64,000 nt of DNA from Trueperaceae bacterium (GTDB lineage Bacteria; Deinococcota; Deinococci; Deinococcales; Trueperaceae): assembly GCA_965215565.1 (NCBI GenBank), contig CBDCDZ010000004.1, positions 4,224,001 to 4,288,000 of the forward strand, read 5' to 3'. Below are positions 1-11,083 of the stretch, piece by piece; position 1 is the stretch's first letter; each line of letters begins with the position of its first letter. Made by a program: the position numbers and the translations under genes. A model generated the notes under the pieces. It saw only the letters and a program-made list of their open reading frames with translations. It searched no databases and was not told the DNA's origin.

Positions 1-249
1 CGCCCAGAGCGCATAGGTCCAGGCGCGTTGTTTGCGAAAGAGGTAGAAGAGTAGCCCCGCGATGAGTGAGAACTTGAGGTACTGATACAACTCCGCGAAG
101 CCGCGTTCGCGGTCAACCGTGAAACGGTTATAGAACGCGGATAGGTCTTCCGTGAAGAGGACGATAAGCAGAATGTGCAGTGCGATAAAGAGGAGGTCTA
201 AGCTGAGGAGAAAGCGCAAGGGTTTGAAGCGGTGCAAGACGTGAAGCAT
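1..249 (-). CDS. N-terminal part of a multi-pass membrane protein (runs off the window edge)
   Basis: Hand translation from ATG at 249: MLHVLHRFKPLRFLLSLDLLFIALHILLIVLFTEDLSAFYNRFTVDRERGFAELYQYLKF...; open to position 1, hydrophobic segments, AGAAAGG upstream. Confidence 0.7.
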   Translation of the reverse strand, partial: MLHVLHRFKPLRFLLSLDLLFIALHILLIVLFTEDLSAFYNRFTVDRERGFAELYQYLKFSLIAGLLFYLFRKQRAWTYALWA

Positions 250-450
250 GACGGCCTTTCTGGGAACAGTGCGTGAACGACATAGGTCAGCGGGCGAATC
301 AGCGAGGCGTGAAGCAGTGGGATTCATCCAAACCCTGCCTGACATTACCATGACAATTCCAAAGCAAAGCGGACGTAGAGACAATTAGGCAGGGCAACGC
401 CGCTCGAGTCGCCCCTTCCCCCGCCGCCGCTCTATCCCTTATGATGACCT

Positions 451-885
451 ATGGACAACCTCCGCGACGAAGTAGCCAGCGCAGATTCCAACGAGACGCC
501 TACCGCCAAGATGGAGCCCTCCACGTTGGGCGGCGTGCCCGGTATCGGCACCCTGCAAGTCGTGCGCGGTCAGAGGCGCGGCGATATTCTGGAAGTTTTA
601 GGAACCTGGCGGCTCAAAGATGACGACGAGAGGGACGTGAGCGGGCTCCACGAAAGGTTGGAGTCCAGCGAAACCGTCACCTACAAGGGCAAGCTCGACG
701 ACCCCGATGAGCCCGAGCGCAACGAAATCGAAGTCGAAGTCAACATCCTCTCCATCGAGACCTACACGTATGAGGGCGAAGAAGAGGGCAAGGCGGGACC
801 GGAGCGGACGCTCTACACCTACCGCTTGTCCGGTGAACTTCCCTACATGAGCGAAGAGGAAGATGCGCGGGGGAGTAAGCTCTGA
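451..885 (+). CDS. Hypothetical acidic protein, 144 aa
   Basis: TATGAT at 440-445 just before the ATG (leaderless pattern), typical codon usage, terminator downstream. Confidence 0.7.
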   Translation: MDNLRDEVASADSNETPTAKMEPSTLGGVPGIGTLQVVRGQRRGDILEVLGTWRLKDDDERDVSGLHERLESSETVTYKGKLDDPDEPERNEIEVEVNILSIETYTYEGEEEGKAGPERTLYTYRLSGELPYMSEEEDARGSKL

Positions 886-910
886 GTGCTCGCACGGAAA
901 AGAGAAACAG

Positions 911-952
911 AAAAAAGAAGAGGTCAGCTTTGCGGCTGACCTCTTCTTTTTT
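911..952. terminator. Bidirectional intrinsic terminator
   Basis: AAAAAAGAAGAGGTCAGC-TTTGCG-GCTGACCTCTTCTTTTTT perfect stem with A and T tracts, between convergent units. Confidence 0.85.
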
Positions 953-973
953 AGCAAGCTGAATTGAAAGGGC

Positions 974-1048
974 GCAGATAACATCCGCAACGTGAAAATC
1001 AAACATCGCTATTCAGACTGAGGGCGTTGGTGACCAGATGTTACCTGC
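974..1048 (+). repeat. ~75-bp inverted-repeat element, family A, copy 1
   Basis: GCAGATAACATC...GATGTTACCTGC, 75 bp, just beyond the tRNA-Leu 3' end. Confidence 0.8.
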
Positions 1049-1053
1049 TAGTA

Positions 1054-1138
1054 TGCCGAGAAGGGGACTTGAACCCCTACCTCCTCAACGGAGACTAGCC
1101 CCTCAAGCTAGCGCGTCTACCTATTCCGCCACCTCGGC
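1054..1138 (-). tRNA. tRNA-Leu(GAG)
   Basis: Reverse complement GCCGAGGTGGCGGAATAGGTAGACGCGCTAGCTTGAGGGGCTAG...GGTTCAAGTCCCCTTCTCGGCA; cloverleaf with long variable arm; CCA not encoded. Confidence 0.97.
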
Positions 1139-1222
1139 TTACTCGCTGTGCGTACTTGGAAACACAAAGCGTGCAAAAGCGATAATACTTGCTTTTTAGG
1201 GGGTGTGTCAAGCGTGGGGTTC

Positions 1223-1927
1223 TCAAGAGCACGCGCCGAGCACGCGCCAACCTCTTGCGTGAGCCACCGCTCCGAGTTCGGCGCTCGGATAGACGGCGAC
1301 AGCCTCTTCCGCCTGCGTCAACATCGGCACGTCCGCCTCGGTGTCGCCGTAAGCGACGCCCAGTGTGCGTCCGCTCAGCCAAGCGGTGAGCCTCTCCAAC
1401 TTCGCCTCGCCCATGTTGACCTCTCCAGTGAGACGCCCCGCCGCGACGTTAGCAGCGTTCATCTCTAGAGGTGTCCCGAGCGCTACCGCACCCAGCCGCG
1501 CCGCGAGCACCTCTAAGATAGGTTGGTAGACGCCCGACGCTAAGACGAGCGTGCGCCCCGCCTTTTTGTGACGCTCCAGCTCTGCGACGACGTCCGGGCG
1601 GCGCTTCGCCCACAGCTCGTGCTCGACAACCCAAGTTGCAACTTCGCCGAGCGTCGCCGCGTCCATGCCTGAGAAAAACTGCGCTAAGTCCTCTATCCAG
1701 CGCGTTTTATACGCCGCCTCATCCTTTACGCCCAGCTTCATGAGCGCGAAACCCGGCACTCGCGCCGCGAAGAAGCGGCGGTACGCGCCCCGCTGCTCAC
1801 GCTGCTGATAGTAGCGCCCGAGGGCTCGCCAAGTCTCGCCCGTGGTGAGCGTGCCCTCGACGTCTGAAACGACGATGACTTCGGATGTAGCTAGTGGCAT
1901 CTCACGCGCCCTCTCTACCCGATCCAC
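1223..1927 (-). CDS. HAD-superfamily hydrolase (IB, SerB/PSP-like)
   Basis: DVEGTLT motif I, LASG motif II, AYGDTEAD motif IV; start may be 1900. Confidence 0.85.
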   Translation of the reverse strand: MDRVERAREMPLATSEVIVVSDVEGTLTTGETWRALGRYYQQREQRGAYRRFFAARVPGFALMKLGVKDEAAYKTRWIEDLAQFFSGMDAATLGEVATWVVEHELWAKRRPDVVAELERHKKAGRTLVLASGVYQPILEVLAARLGAVALGTPLEMNAANVAAGRLTGEVNMGEAKLERLTAWLSGRTLGVAYGDTEADVPMLTQAEEAVAVYPSAELGAVAHARGWRVLGACS

Positions 1928-2349
1928 CTTGCTTCACCGACAGGCTCGAGCCTGCCGCGCACCGCTTCAGGAATAGGCGTCGCCTTCTTCTCCTGCAGAT
2001 TGACGAAGACACACGTCTGCGTCGCTTGAACCGCGAGCGCGTCGGCCACCTTGAATTCCGCCTCCAACATAAGGCTGCTGCGCCCCGCTTTGGCAACCCA
2101 CATTGCGCTACAGACCTCTTCTAACAAGGTGACGGAGCGCTTGTAGCTGACATTTGTCGCGGCGACGACGGGCACGACGCCCGTGCGCTCCATCTGCTCT
2201 AAAGGATAAACGTCTTCGAAAAGCTCCGAGCGCAAGTCCTCCAACCAGCGTACGTAGACGATGTTGCTGACGATGCCTGCCGAGTCGATATCGTAGGTGC
2301 GCACGGGGCGGATGAGTTCGGTGTAGAGGGGTTTATCGCCTTTATTCAT
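1915..2349 (-). CDS. Acyl-CoA thioesterase (4HBT/YbgC hotdog fold)
   Basis: VRTYDIDSAGIVSNIVYVRWLE motif; start set at MNKGD, which has a GGAG RBS. Confidence 0.88.
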   Translation of the reverse strand: MNKGDKPLYTELIRPVRTYDIDSAGIVSNIVYVRWLEDLRSELFEDVYPLEQMERTGVVPVVAATNVSYKRSVTLLEEVCSAMWVAKAGRSSLMLEAEFKVADALAVQATQTCVFVNLQEKKATPIPEAVRGRLEPVGEARWIG

Positions 2350-2449
2350 AAAATCTCCAGAGAGTAACGTAGCACGGCTCTGTAAAGTGCGTTGTCGGAC
2401 GTTGTTGAATTTGTCTTGGAGCATAGAAGGGAGAACAAAAACGGATAGC

Positions 2450-2523
2450 GGTTCTAAGTCGAATGCTGCCGCGCTCCTTCTACCGTCTCCATGTGATGAA
2501 CAAGGGGTTGAAACCCCTTGCTT
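2450..2523 (+). repeat. Dispersed repeat family B with REP/IS605-end-like hairpin
   Basis: GGTTCTAAGTCGAA...AACAAGGGGTTGAAACCCCTTGCTT; a homologous inverted copy lies at 5339-5417. Confidence 0.8.
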
Positions 2524-2581
2524 TTAGCAGTTCCACAACATATTGAGAGAGTTGAGCGTAGATCTCTGTCCGCAAGGACTA

Positions 2582-2610
2582 GCGTTACGGGCAGGCCGCC
2601 CTGCCGTTGC
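2582..2610 (+). repeat. 29-bp REP-like palindromic unit, family C
   Basis: GCGTTACGGGCAGGCCGCCCTGCCGTTGC; exact reverse complement at 40285-40313. Confidence 0.8.
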
Positions 2611-2654
2611 GGGATTTCATCCCTTGAAGTGCGTGCTAGTTACGTAGTTTTCAC

Positions 2655-2729
2655 GCAGTGAAACATCGTTTTACAAAGTGCGAGTGTTGCTTCACAAAAC
2701 TTCGTACACTCTGACTAGATGATACCTGC
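2655..2729 (+). repeat. Family A element, copy 2
   Basis: TCAC|GCAGTGAAACATC...AGATGATACCTGC|TA, 75 bp; left arm degenerate. Confidence 0.72.
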
Positions 2730-2905
2730 TATTTGATACCGGCATTACTTCAGCTAGAGCCACCCCCTAAAATGTTCCCTTCTCTGTATTTTGTCTTCTG
2801 TATGCTCCCTCCTTTCGTCCGCGTAACTGATACATGCCTTCAACTCTAAAGTGCCGCTTTCCTACCGCACCACCTATCCTCACTTCATCCGCTATGCTGG
2901 CACAC

Positions 2906-3568
2906 GTGACCAAAGAGCGTTATCAAAAAATCATGGCGGTCTTACGCAAGCGCCAGAGTGACCTCACCATCTTGGCGGAGAATGTCTACAAACCGCACAA
3001 CCTCTCAGCGATGATCCGTTCGTGTGACGCGGTAGGTGTCGGCACGGTGCACGCGCTTAACCCGACGGGAGGCGTGCCCACCTACAATGAGACGAGCGCG
3101 AGCGCGAACAAGTGGGTCAAAGTGCGCGTGCTGCCCTCTCTACAAGAGGTCAAGCGTGAACTTCACGGGATGCAATTTCTGGTGGCGCACCTCTCGGATG
3201 AAGCCGTGGACTACCGAGAGGTAGACTACACGAAGCCAACCTGCGTCCTCTTCGGCAACGAGAAAGAGGGGGTTTCAGAAGAAGCTGCCGCGCTCGCGGA
3301 CGCGCACCTCATCGTCCCGATGCTCGGTATGGTGCCCTCGCTGAACGTCTCGGTGGCGACGGCGGTGATCCTCTTCGAGGCGCAGCGGCAGCGCTTAGTG
3401 GCGGGGCTCTATGACGCGCCTGAGCTAAGTGACGAGGCGATGAACGCGCAGGCGTTTCGCTGGCTCTACCCGCGCCAAGCCGCGCTGTTAGAGGAGCAGG
3501 GTGAGCCTTTGCCTCAGTTGGACGAAGAGGGAAGTCCAGTCCAAAACACAGTGAGCGACCAGGCGTAG
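2906..3568 (+). CDS. trmH: tRNA (guanosine-18-2'-O)-methyltransferase, SPOUT family
   Basis: KPHNLSAMIRSCDAVG, LFGNEKEG and PMLGMVPSLNVSVA motifs; GTG start 7 nt after TATGCT (2893-2898). Confidence 0.93.
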   Translation: MTKERYQKIMAVLRKRQSDLTILAENVYKPHNLSAMIRSCDAVGVGTVHALNPTGGVPTYNETSASANKWVKVRVLPSLQEVKRELHGMQFLVAHLSDEAVDYREVDYTKPTCVLFGNEKEGVSEEAAALADAHLIVPMLGMVPSLNVSVATAVILFEAQRQRLVAGLYDAPELSDEAMNAQAFRWLYPRQAALLEEQGEPLPQLDEEGSPVQNTVSDQA

Positions 3569-3808
3569 TTGCCTGACGCAGCTTAGCCTTCTCGGGCGCT
3601 CGCGACGCAAAGAGCCTCATCGGAACGAAAACCGAAGATTTTTGATGATTTCTCCGAATACCCCCTCCGCTTGTGGCGGAGTTCATGAGTCGGCAATAGG
3701 GCATTGAGCGAGACCCGTGCAAGCTACGCAATTCCATATGAGGACCTCGAGCCGCTCGCTGCAACCTCGCATTGCATTTTGTTTCACAAACGCTTGCTAC
3801 ACTGAGGT

Positions 3809-4984
3809 ATGACTATCTCAGCTTGGAAAACGGCTATGCTTCTTGGCTTTTTACTCCTTTTAGCGGCGTGTGACTCCTCAGCGAACGCGCAAGTGAGCGG
3901 AGAGGTGGGGCTCGAGCCCGTCACCAGCAACCTCTCCCAGCCTACCGCCATCACCCACGCAGGCGACGGGTCAGGGCGGCTCTTCGTCACGCAGAAAGGG
4001 GGCGAGCTTGTGATTCTCGAGGGTGGGGAAGTTCTGTCTCAGCCTTTCCTAGACCTCAGCGACATGGTCACGACGAACAGCGAACGTGGGCTTTTAGACG
4101 CGGCGTTTCACCCGAACTACGAGGAGAACGGGCGCTTCTTCGTCCACTACTCGGACACGAACGGTGACACGGTGATTTCCGAATACAGCGTGTCTGATGA
4201 CCCTAACGTAGCGGACGCGGGCTCCGAGCGCGTGCTCCTCACCGCCGAGCAACCCTATTCGAACCACAACGGCGGTGAGTTAGCGTTCGGACCGGACGGC
4301 TACCTCTATATTGGGCTAGGTGACGGCGGCTCGGGCGGCGACCCGGAGAACAACGGTCAGGACTTGAGCACGCTTTTAGGCGCAATCTTGCGCATCGATG
4401 TTGACGCTGAGGGGGGCGACCCCTACAGCATTCCCGAAGACAATCCCTTTGTGAATGACGAAAACGCGAGACCAGAGATTTGGGCGTACGGGCTGCGTAA
4501 CCCGTGGCGCTTCTCCTTCGACCGCGAGACGGGCGACCTCTTCATCGGAGACGTGGGGCAGAATGCCTATGAGGAAATAGACTTTCAGAGCGCGAGCAGC
4601 GAGGGCGGCGAGAACTACGGTTGGAATCCCACCGAGGGGGCGCACTGCTACCTCTCCGGCTGCGCACTAGAACCTTACGTCCTGCCGATTTTGGAGTACA
4701 GCCACGCCTCGGGCGAGGGCAGCTCCGTCACGGGCGGCTACCGCTACCGGGGTGAGGCAACTCCGAGTTTGGAGGGCGTGTACCTCTTCGGCGACTTCGG
4801 CAGCGGCAACCTCTGGGGCGCGACTCAGGGCGAGGACGGCGCGTGGTCGAGCGAGAAGCTCCTAGAGACCGGGCGCAATCTCGTCGCTTTCGGCGAAGAT
4901 GAAGCGGGCGAGATTTATGTTGCGGACTTTTCGGGCACGCTTTACCGAATCACAGGGAGCGTAGATGCGGCGCAAGCAGATTGA
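3809..4984 (+). CDS. PQQ-dependent sugar dehydrogenase (glucose/sorbosone family) lipoprotein
   Basis: Lipobox LAAC; ERGLL, NHNGGELAFGPDGYLYIGLGDGG and GLRNPWRFSFD motifs. Confidence 0.92.
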   Translation: MTISAWKTAMLLGFLLLLAACDSSANAQVSGEVGLEPVTSNLSQPTAITHAGDGSGRLFVTQKGGELVILEGGEVLSQPFLDLSDMVTTNSERGLLDAAFHPNYEENGRFFVHYSDTNGDTVISEYSVSDDPNVADAGSERVLLTAEQPYSNHNGGELAFGPDGYLYIGLGDGGSGGDPENNGQDLSTLLGAILRIDVDAEGGDPYSIPEDNPFVNDENARPEIWAYGLRNPWRFSFDRETGDLFIGDVGQNAYEEIDFQSASSEGGENYGWNPTEGAHCYLSGCALEPYVLPILEYSHASGEGSSVTGGYRYRGEATPSLEGVYLFGDFGSGNLWGATQGEDGAWSSEKLLETGRNLVAFGEDEAGEIYVADFSGTLYRITGSVDAAQAD

Positions 4985-5063
4985 TAGTATTTTCATTTTG
5001 TAGGGATGGACGCCGAGGTTGCGGAAGAGGTGACAGCTCTGGTTCTCCCGGTTAAACTCTCCT

Positions 5064-5294
5064 ATGGCTGATAGCAGCGACATCAAACTGGGTGTTCCGC
5101 CCGCAACGAAACGTTACGATCTAACTGAAAGCATCGTCTGTGCGGCGCTCTCAAAAAATCCTGACCCGGCTGGACGTCCGGCGGCGTTAGAGAAGCTTTT
5201 AGGTAAGACGTTGGAAGAAGCGACGCAAGAAGAAGTGGCAGAAGTCACTATCAAATACGCTAAGCTCGTGAGGAGGGTTTTCGACGCGCTGTAA
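5064..5294 (+). CDS. Small hypothetical protein, 76 aa
   Basis: TAAACT 6 nt before the ATG; helical-looking sequence. Confidence 0.6.
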   Translation: MADSSDIKLGVPPATKRYDLTESIVCAALSKNPDPAGRPAALEKLLGKTLEEATQEEVAEVTIKYAKLVRRVFDAL

Positions 5295-5305
5295 TTCGCA
5301 GCTTG

Positions 5306-5417
5306 GGTGGTGGCTCTACTTGGAATGACGTCGGTACCAAAGCAAGGGGTTAAAACCCCTTGTTCTCACTACGTAGAGATAGCGAAGGGAGCACGTAGCA
5401 GCCTTCGACTTAGAACC
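5306..5417 (-). repeat. Repeat family B, copy 2
   Basis: Reverse complement GGTTCTAAGTCGAAGGCTGC...AACAAGGGGTTTTAACCCCTTGCTT...TCATTCCAAGTAGAGCCACCACC. Confidence 0.8.
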
Positions 5418-5458
5418 TCACGACTACTCAACGTCGTAAACAAAGCTAGGGATATACG

Positions 5459-5492
5459 AAAAAGCGCTCGAGTCTAAACTCGAGCGCTTTTT
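5459..5492. terminator. Intrinsic terminator downstream of cspA (bidirectional)
   Basis: AAAAAGCGCTCGAG-TCTAAA-CTCGAGCGCTTTTT. Confidence 0.85.
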
Positions 5493-5512
5493 GATTGCGA
5501 AGCTAAGAAAAC

Positions 5513-5749
5513 TTAGTAACGCTGACGCGAAGGAGCGGGCGCGGCGTTCGTCACGGTGACGTTTTTCGCCTGGAGGCCCTTTTGACCCTGCTCGACGTCG
5601 AACTCTACTTCGTCGCCTTCGTTGAGGCTACGGTAGCCGTTGCCGCCAATCGCTGAGAAGTGGCAGAAGACGTCGGCGCTGCCGTCGTCTTGCTCGATGA
5701 AGCCGAAGCCTTTTTCGTTGCTGAACCATTTCACTTTACCTGTTGCCAT
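5513..5749 (-). CDS. cspA: Cold-shock protein
   Basis: GKVKWF, KGFGFI (RNP1) and DVFCHFSAI (RNP2). Confidence 0.97.
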   Translation of the reverse strand: MATGKVKWFSNEKGFGFIEQDDGSADVFCHFSAIGGNGYRSLNEGDEVEFDVEQGQKGLQAKNVTVTNAAPAPSRQRY

Positions 5750-6018
5750 GTTTTACCTATCTTCCTAACTGACTAAGCTAAGGCTTAATCACTAAACACT
5801 TCTCGAGCTTGGGCTCGAGCTACGAAGAAGCCATGAAATTTGCTCTCTCGCAGTAACGCTAGTGTAAGCTATCCTCACAAAAAATACAAGCACCTATGAG
5901 CACCTCTTCATCGTAGCTTCACTCTTTCCTTATTGAAGTGAGGTATTTGCGGAGCGGAGCCTTTCCCAATGCAATACGGCGCATCCGAAAAAGAGCGCCC
6001 TTCTGCTATGATGAAGGG

Positions 6019-6705
6019 GTGGACACGCTCGTCATACGCGACTTAGGACGCTTAGATTACAGAGAGGCGTGGGGCGTGCAGCTCAGGGCGCACGCCGCCG
6101 TTGCGAGCGGCGACGCGCCGCCGACGCTTCTGCTAGTCGAACACCCGCCCGTCATCACCTTCGGTAAAAAGGGCGGACGCAGCAACCTCTTGGCGGACGA
6201 AGATTTTCTGGCGTCGCAGGGTTTCTCCCTCTACGACATCGAGCGCGGCGGCGACGTGACCTACCACGGACCGGGTCAGCTCGTGGGCTATCCGATTCTG
6301 CCGATCGGCAGAAAGGTGCGCAACTATCTGCGCAACTTAGAAGCGGTGATGGTGGGCGTCTTGGCGGACTATGGTTTGGAGAGCGAAGGCAGCCCCGGCT
6401 ACGCAGGCGTGTGGGTCGGTGACGAGAAGGTTGTGGCGATTGGCGTGGCGATCAAACGCAACGTCTCCTTTCACGGTTTCGCGCTGAACGTACACACAAA
6501 TTTGGAGCACTTTACCTACATCGTGCCCTGCGGCTTAGCGAACAAGGGCGTAACGAGCCTGTCGAAACTCACCGGGCGACACGTGCCGTTAGAAGAGGTC
6601 AAACCTAAGCTCATACGAGAATTTGAGAAGGTGTTCGGGGTACAAGTGCAGAATGTGGATTATCTAGCATCACCAAACTTGGATTATGCAGATATCATCT
6701 CATAA
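6019..6705 (+). CDS. lipB: Lipoyl(octanoyl) transferase
   Basis: EHPPVITFG, RGGDVTYHGPGQLVGYPI, HGFALN and IVPCG motifs; GTG 6 nt after TATGAT. Confidence 0.96.
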   Translation: MDTLVIRDLGRLDYREAWGVQLRAHAAVASGDAPPTLLLVEHPPVITFGKKGGRSNLLADEDFLASQGFSLYDIERGGDVTYHGPGQLVGYPILPIGRKVRNYLRNLEAVMVGVLADYGLESEGSPGYAGVWVGDEKVVAIGVAIKRNVSFHGFALNVHTNLEHFTYIVPCGLANKGVTSLSKLTGRHVPLEEVKPKLIREFEKVFGVQVQNVDYLASPNLDYADIIS

Positions 6706-6762
6706 CGTACGTGCTAGGCGATACTTTTCAACTGAGCGTATCAACGACCAGATGATACCTGC
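6688..6762 (+). repeat. Family A element, copy 3 (overlaps the lipB stop, abuts the lipA RBS)
   Basis: GCAGATATCATCT...AGATGATACCTGC, 75 bp. Confidence 0.85.
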
Positions 6763-6776
6763 AAGGAGGTTCTTTC

Positions 6777-7718
<942 letters not shown>

Positions 7719-7731
7719 AGAACGTCAAGTT

Positions 7732-7766
7732 AAGAAGAGGTGATAGCGCTATCACCTCTTCTTTTT
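7732..7766 (+). terminator. Intrinsic terminator between lipA and ppa
   Basis: AAGAAGAGGTGATAG/CTATCACCTCTTCTT stem followed by a T tract. Confidence 0.8.
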
Positions 7767-7833
7767 GCACGTAATTTTTTGTCGTGCCGGAACCCGACGC
7801 GCCAAAGATCGGGTAGAGGGCACGCGCTAAAGT

Positions 7834-8418
7834 CTAGCTCGCCGTCTCGACCTCTGGCTGCTCTTCTGGCGCAGCCGCGCCCTGATGGATGACCTCGTCA
7901 CTCGTCTCCTTAAAGGTCTCGATGCCGTCTTGGATGAGCTTGTGCATCTCTTTTTCGCCGCGCCAGCCGTCCACTTTGGTCTCTTTGCCCTCTAACTCCT
8001 TATAGATATTAAAGAAGTGCTCGATTTCGCGCAGACGGTGGCGCGAGATGCTGTCCAAATGGCGGTTGCCGTCGAAGCGGGGGTCGTCGGCGGGGACGGC
8101 TAGAAGCTTCTGGTCGCCGCCCTTCTCATCGCTCATCTCCAAGTAACCCAGGGGACGCACCTGTAGCACCGCGCCGGGGAAGGTTGGCGCGTTGACTAAA
8201 ACGATTACATCGATAGGATCGCCGTCTTCGGCTAAGGTGCTCGGGATAAAGCCGTAGTCGCCGGGGTAGTGGAGCGGGCTGTAGAGCACGCGGTCGAGCC
8301 TGAAGATGCCGTGCTCTGGGTCGTACTCGTACTTGTTCGCGCTGTTCATCGGCACTTCGATCACCGCTTGAATGATGTCGGGCGCTTTCTCGCCGACGGG
8401 TAGGTGGAATAAATTCAT
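7834..8418 (-). CDS. ppa: Family I inorganic pyrophosphatase
   Basis: YPGDYGFIPSTLAEDGDPIDV and DEKGGDQK motifs. Confidence 0.97.
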   Translation of the reverse strand: MNLFHLPVGEKAPDIIQAVIEVPMNSANKYEYDPEHGIFRLDRVLYSPLHYPGDYGFIPSTLAEDGDPIDVIVLVNAPTFPGAVLQVRPLGYLEMSDEKGGDQKLLAVPADDPRFDGNRHLDSISRHRLREIEHFFNIYKELEGKETKVDGWRGEKEMHKLIQDGIETFKETSDEVIHQGAAAPEEQPEVETAS

Positions 8419-8619
8419 GCGTGTTCCTTTCTAAATTCGTGTGAATGAGGGCGCTGCCGCATCGGGTTCAACTATACAGGTAAGATAGGAGTGCTTTTGT
8501 GACAGATAAGCGTTGTTATGCGAGACTAGAAGCTCGAGCACCTACTGACTCAGTGACGCGCTACATTTGAGCGACTCGGGGGTCTCCTCGAGAAGCGGTG
8601 AGCGCTGGCACTAGAAGAA

Positions 8620-9738
8620 CTAAAGAGGTTGGCTCGCGCTGCCCTCGAGCGGCACCGCTGCGCCTCGGCTCGTCAGGTGGGTGACGTCGCCGACTTGCGC
8701 CGCACATTCGGGGCCGGTCTGCACGATGAACGTCTGCCCGGTCTCGTCGGGCTCGGCGATGACGCGGCAGGTATAGGTGAGATCGTGACCCTTGAAGTCG
8801 CGGCTCACGATGCTCACGGGTATGCCCTGTTCGCTGAAGGTCAGGTCTTCGGGGCGCAAGGACAGGAGCACGCGCCCGGTGGCGGGTTGCGCCATCGGCA
8901 GCGTCCCTAAGAGGGTGTCCGCGACGCCTTCGCGCCCGGTAGCGCGCATCAGGTTAGTCGTGCCCAAAAAGTTAGCGACGAAGGCGGTGCGCGGGCGCAA
9001 GTAGACGTTTTCGGGTACGCCTAGCTGCTCTAAGTGCCCCGCCCTCATCACCGCGAGCCTGTCCGCGAAGGTCATCGCCTCTTCTTGATCGTGCGTAACG
9101 AGAATCGTCGTCGTCCCGGACGCCTCTAAGATGCGCCGCACCTCTTTGCGCGTCGAGCCGCGCAGCGCGGCGTCTAGGTTGCTGAAGGGCTCGTCCAACA
9201 AGATGATGTCGGGTGCGGGGGCGAGCGCCCGCGCTAACGCCACGCGCTGCTGCTGCCCGCCCGAGAGCTGGTGCGGATAGCGGCGGCTAAAGATGGTGAG
9301 ACCGACTAGGTCTAAAACCTCTTTCGCCCGCTCGAGGCGCGCCTTTCTAGGCAGACCTGTCAGACCGAACGCGACGTTTCGCAGTACGTCAAGGTGCGGA
9401 AAGAGCGCGTAGTCCTGAAAGACAAAGCCGATCTTGCGCCGCTCGGGTTGGAGCCATACGTCTGGTCCAGCTACCTCTACGCCCGCGACGCCGATGCGCC
9501 CCGCGTCCGGCACTTCGAAGCCCGCGATGAGGCGCAAAAGCGTCGTTTTACCGCAACCCGACGGTCCTAAAAGCGCCAAAATTTCGCCCTTTTCGACGCT
9601 CAGGTTGAAGTCGGCGACCGCCGGGTGCTTGGGGTCTTGATAGCTTTTGGTGAGGGCGTGGAGCGTCAGCGCGGCTTGCTCTTTGGGCGTTTCTGTCGGT
9701 AGCGGCGTATGAGAAGCGGTGGGCGCGACGTCTTTCAC
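8620..9738 (-). CDS. ABC transporter ATPase, FbpC/PotA-like with TOBE domain
   Basis: GPSGCGKTT, LSGGQQQRVALARAL, LLDEP; GTG 6 nt after TATAGT. Confidence 0.92.
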   Translation of the reverse strand: MKDVAPTASHTPLPTETPKEQAALTLHALTKSYQDPKHPAVADFNLSVEKGEILALLGPSGCGKTTLLRLIAGFEVPDAGRIGVAGVEVAGPDVWLQPERRKIGFVFQDYALFPHLDVLRNVAFGLTGLPRKARLERAKEVLDLVGLTIFSRRYPHQLSGGQQQRVALARALAPAPDIILLDEPFSNLDAALRGSTRKEVRRILEASGTTTILVTHDQEEAMTFADRLAVMRAGHLEQLGVPENVYLRPRTAFVANFLGTTNLMRATGREGVADTLLGTLPMAQPATGRVLLSLRPEDLTFSEQGIPVSIVSRDFKGHDLTYTCRVIAEPDETGQTFIVQTGPECAAQVGDVTHLTSRGAAVPLEGSASQPL

Positions 9739-9940
9739 AAGCGCACTATAACAGAAATCCTGAGTGTTTAGGTAGGGTATGGGCTCGAGCTTAGCAGGCA
9801 GACCCTACACCGAAATGGGCACAGTTCGCTTAGGAGACTTTCTCTGACTCGACCTTTTATGCAGCGTGTTCGCCTAGCCGCATCGGTAGTGGGTTCAGGG
9901 CGAACACCGATGGGTACGTCTTGCGCCGCTTCCGCGCGAT

Positions 9941-9993
9941 GAATAAGGGGTTCCTTTAACCTCTACATCATTCCAAATAGCGCCACTACCGCC
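9941..9993 (+). repeat. Degenerate partial copy of repeat family B
   Basis: GAATAAGGGG...TCATTCCAAATAGCGCCACTACC resembles the reverse complement of 5306-5330 plus the hairpin arm. Confidence 0.5.
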
Positions 9994-10000
9994 TCTAAAA

Positions 10001-10870
10001 CTACGCGGCTTTTCGAATGGTTGTCTCTGAAGCGGGGCGAACCTTGTTCTCTAGCAGTTGGAGCGAGGGGTCCGCGATCCACCCCTCGAGCCTGTCCACC
10101 CCTTCCGGCACGCCGTAGTTCTCCTGGCGCGCTGCCCACGCCGCCTGCACCGCGCAGAGCACCGCGTCGAGCGCGTCGCCCGTCGCGTCGTCCAAGAGGT
10201 ACGCGGCGAGCACGTCGCCTAGTTCCAAGCGGAGCCCGTATAAACCCCCGCGCATCTTCTCGACGACCTCTTGCCGCGCGCCTCTCATCCCTTCGGTCTG
10301 CTTCCGCTTAGTGTCGCTTTTATACCTCTGCTTGCCGATGAGCTGCCGCGTCACGAGTGCTGGGTAAACTTCTAGAACGGTCTGGTCACTCGGTGTTTCA
10401 CGGAGCGCCGGGATGTTGAGGTGCGTCCGCTGCAACCTCGGCGCGAGTTCGAAAAACATCTTGCCTACGGGCACGTAGTGAAGCGCCATCGGGCTCACCG
10501 CGCCCGCCAACTCGTCCGCGTAGCGGCGGTGGAGTTTATCGCCCTTGGGTTGCGCACTTGTGTAGCGTTTCAAGGTGCCCTCGAAGCCTCCCTTACCGAG
10601 CGCGGCTATCTCTTCGACGTACCCCGTCCACGTCGGGGACCAAGCGAGCGCGTCCACTAAACGGCGCGGCTGCGCGAAGGGCGCGTCGATGCCCATGACC
10701 CAGGGACCGGGACGCGCTAAGAGCGCCTCGAAGGTGCCGAAATCCACGAGCGGCTCGAGCCGCTCGGTACGGAGCACGTCGCCGCTGAGCTTCGCGTGAA
10801 CACACGTGATAGGCTTCGCGCGGCGCGGCGCGCTCGTAAAGTCGAGCCCGCAGATAGAGAGGTCATTCAC
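10001..10870 (-). CDS. DUF429-family protein (predicted RNase H-fold nuclease)
   Basis: GLDFTSAP, GIDAPF, LEVYPAL and DALDAVLCA motifs. Confidence 0.8.
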   Translation of the reverse strand: MNDLSICGLDFTSAPRRAKPITCVHAKLSGDVLRTERLEPLVDFGTFEALLARPGPWVMGIDAPFAQPRRLVDALAWSPTWTGYVEEIAALGKGGFEGTLKRYTSAQPKGDKLHRRYADELAGAVSPMALHYVPVGKMFFELAPRLQRTHLNIPALRETPSDQTVLEVYPALVTRQLIGKQRYKSDTKRKQTEGMRGARQEVVEKMRGGLYGLRLELGDVLAAYLLDDATGDALDAVLCAVQAAWAARQENYGVPEGVDRLEGWIADPSLQLLENKVRPASETTIRKAA

Positions 10871-11083
10871 CCTCTTAATGTACTTGAGAAAAGCCGCACG
10901 GCGCGTTGAAAACCCGTCATCCGTCGGCGCGCTCGTCCGTGCGTCAAGCGTAAATTTATGTATCAGTCTTTGCGTCCGTTTAGGTCTAAATTTTTAATCA
11001 TGACCCCATGTTATGAAAAGACCGGGGTAAAAAGGTTGGGGTGGAGAGATTGTGGGAGGCTCGGGTCAACGCTAGGAGTTGAG

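Noticed and set aside
9755..9782. Possible iron-regulator box upstream of the FbpC-like ATPase
   Set aside because: The dyad symmetry is too weak to support
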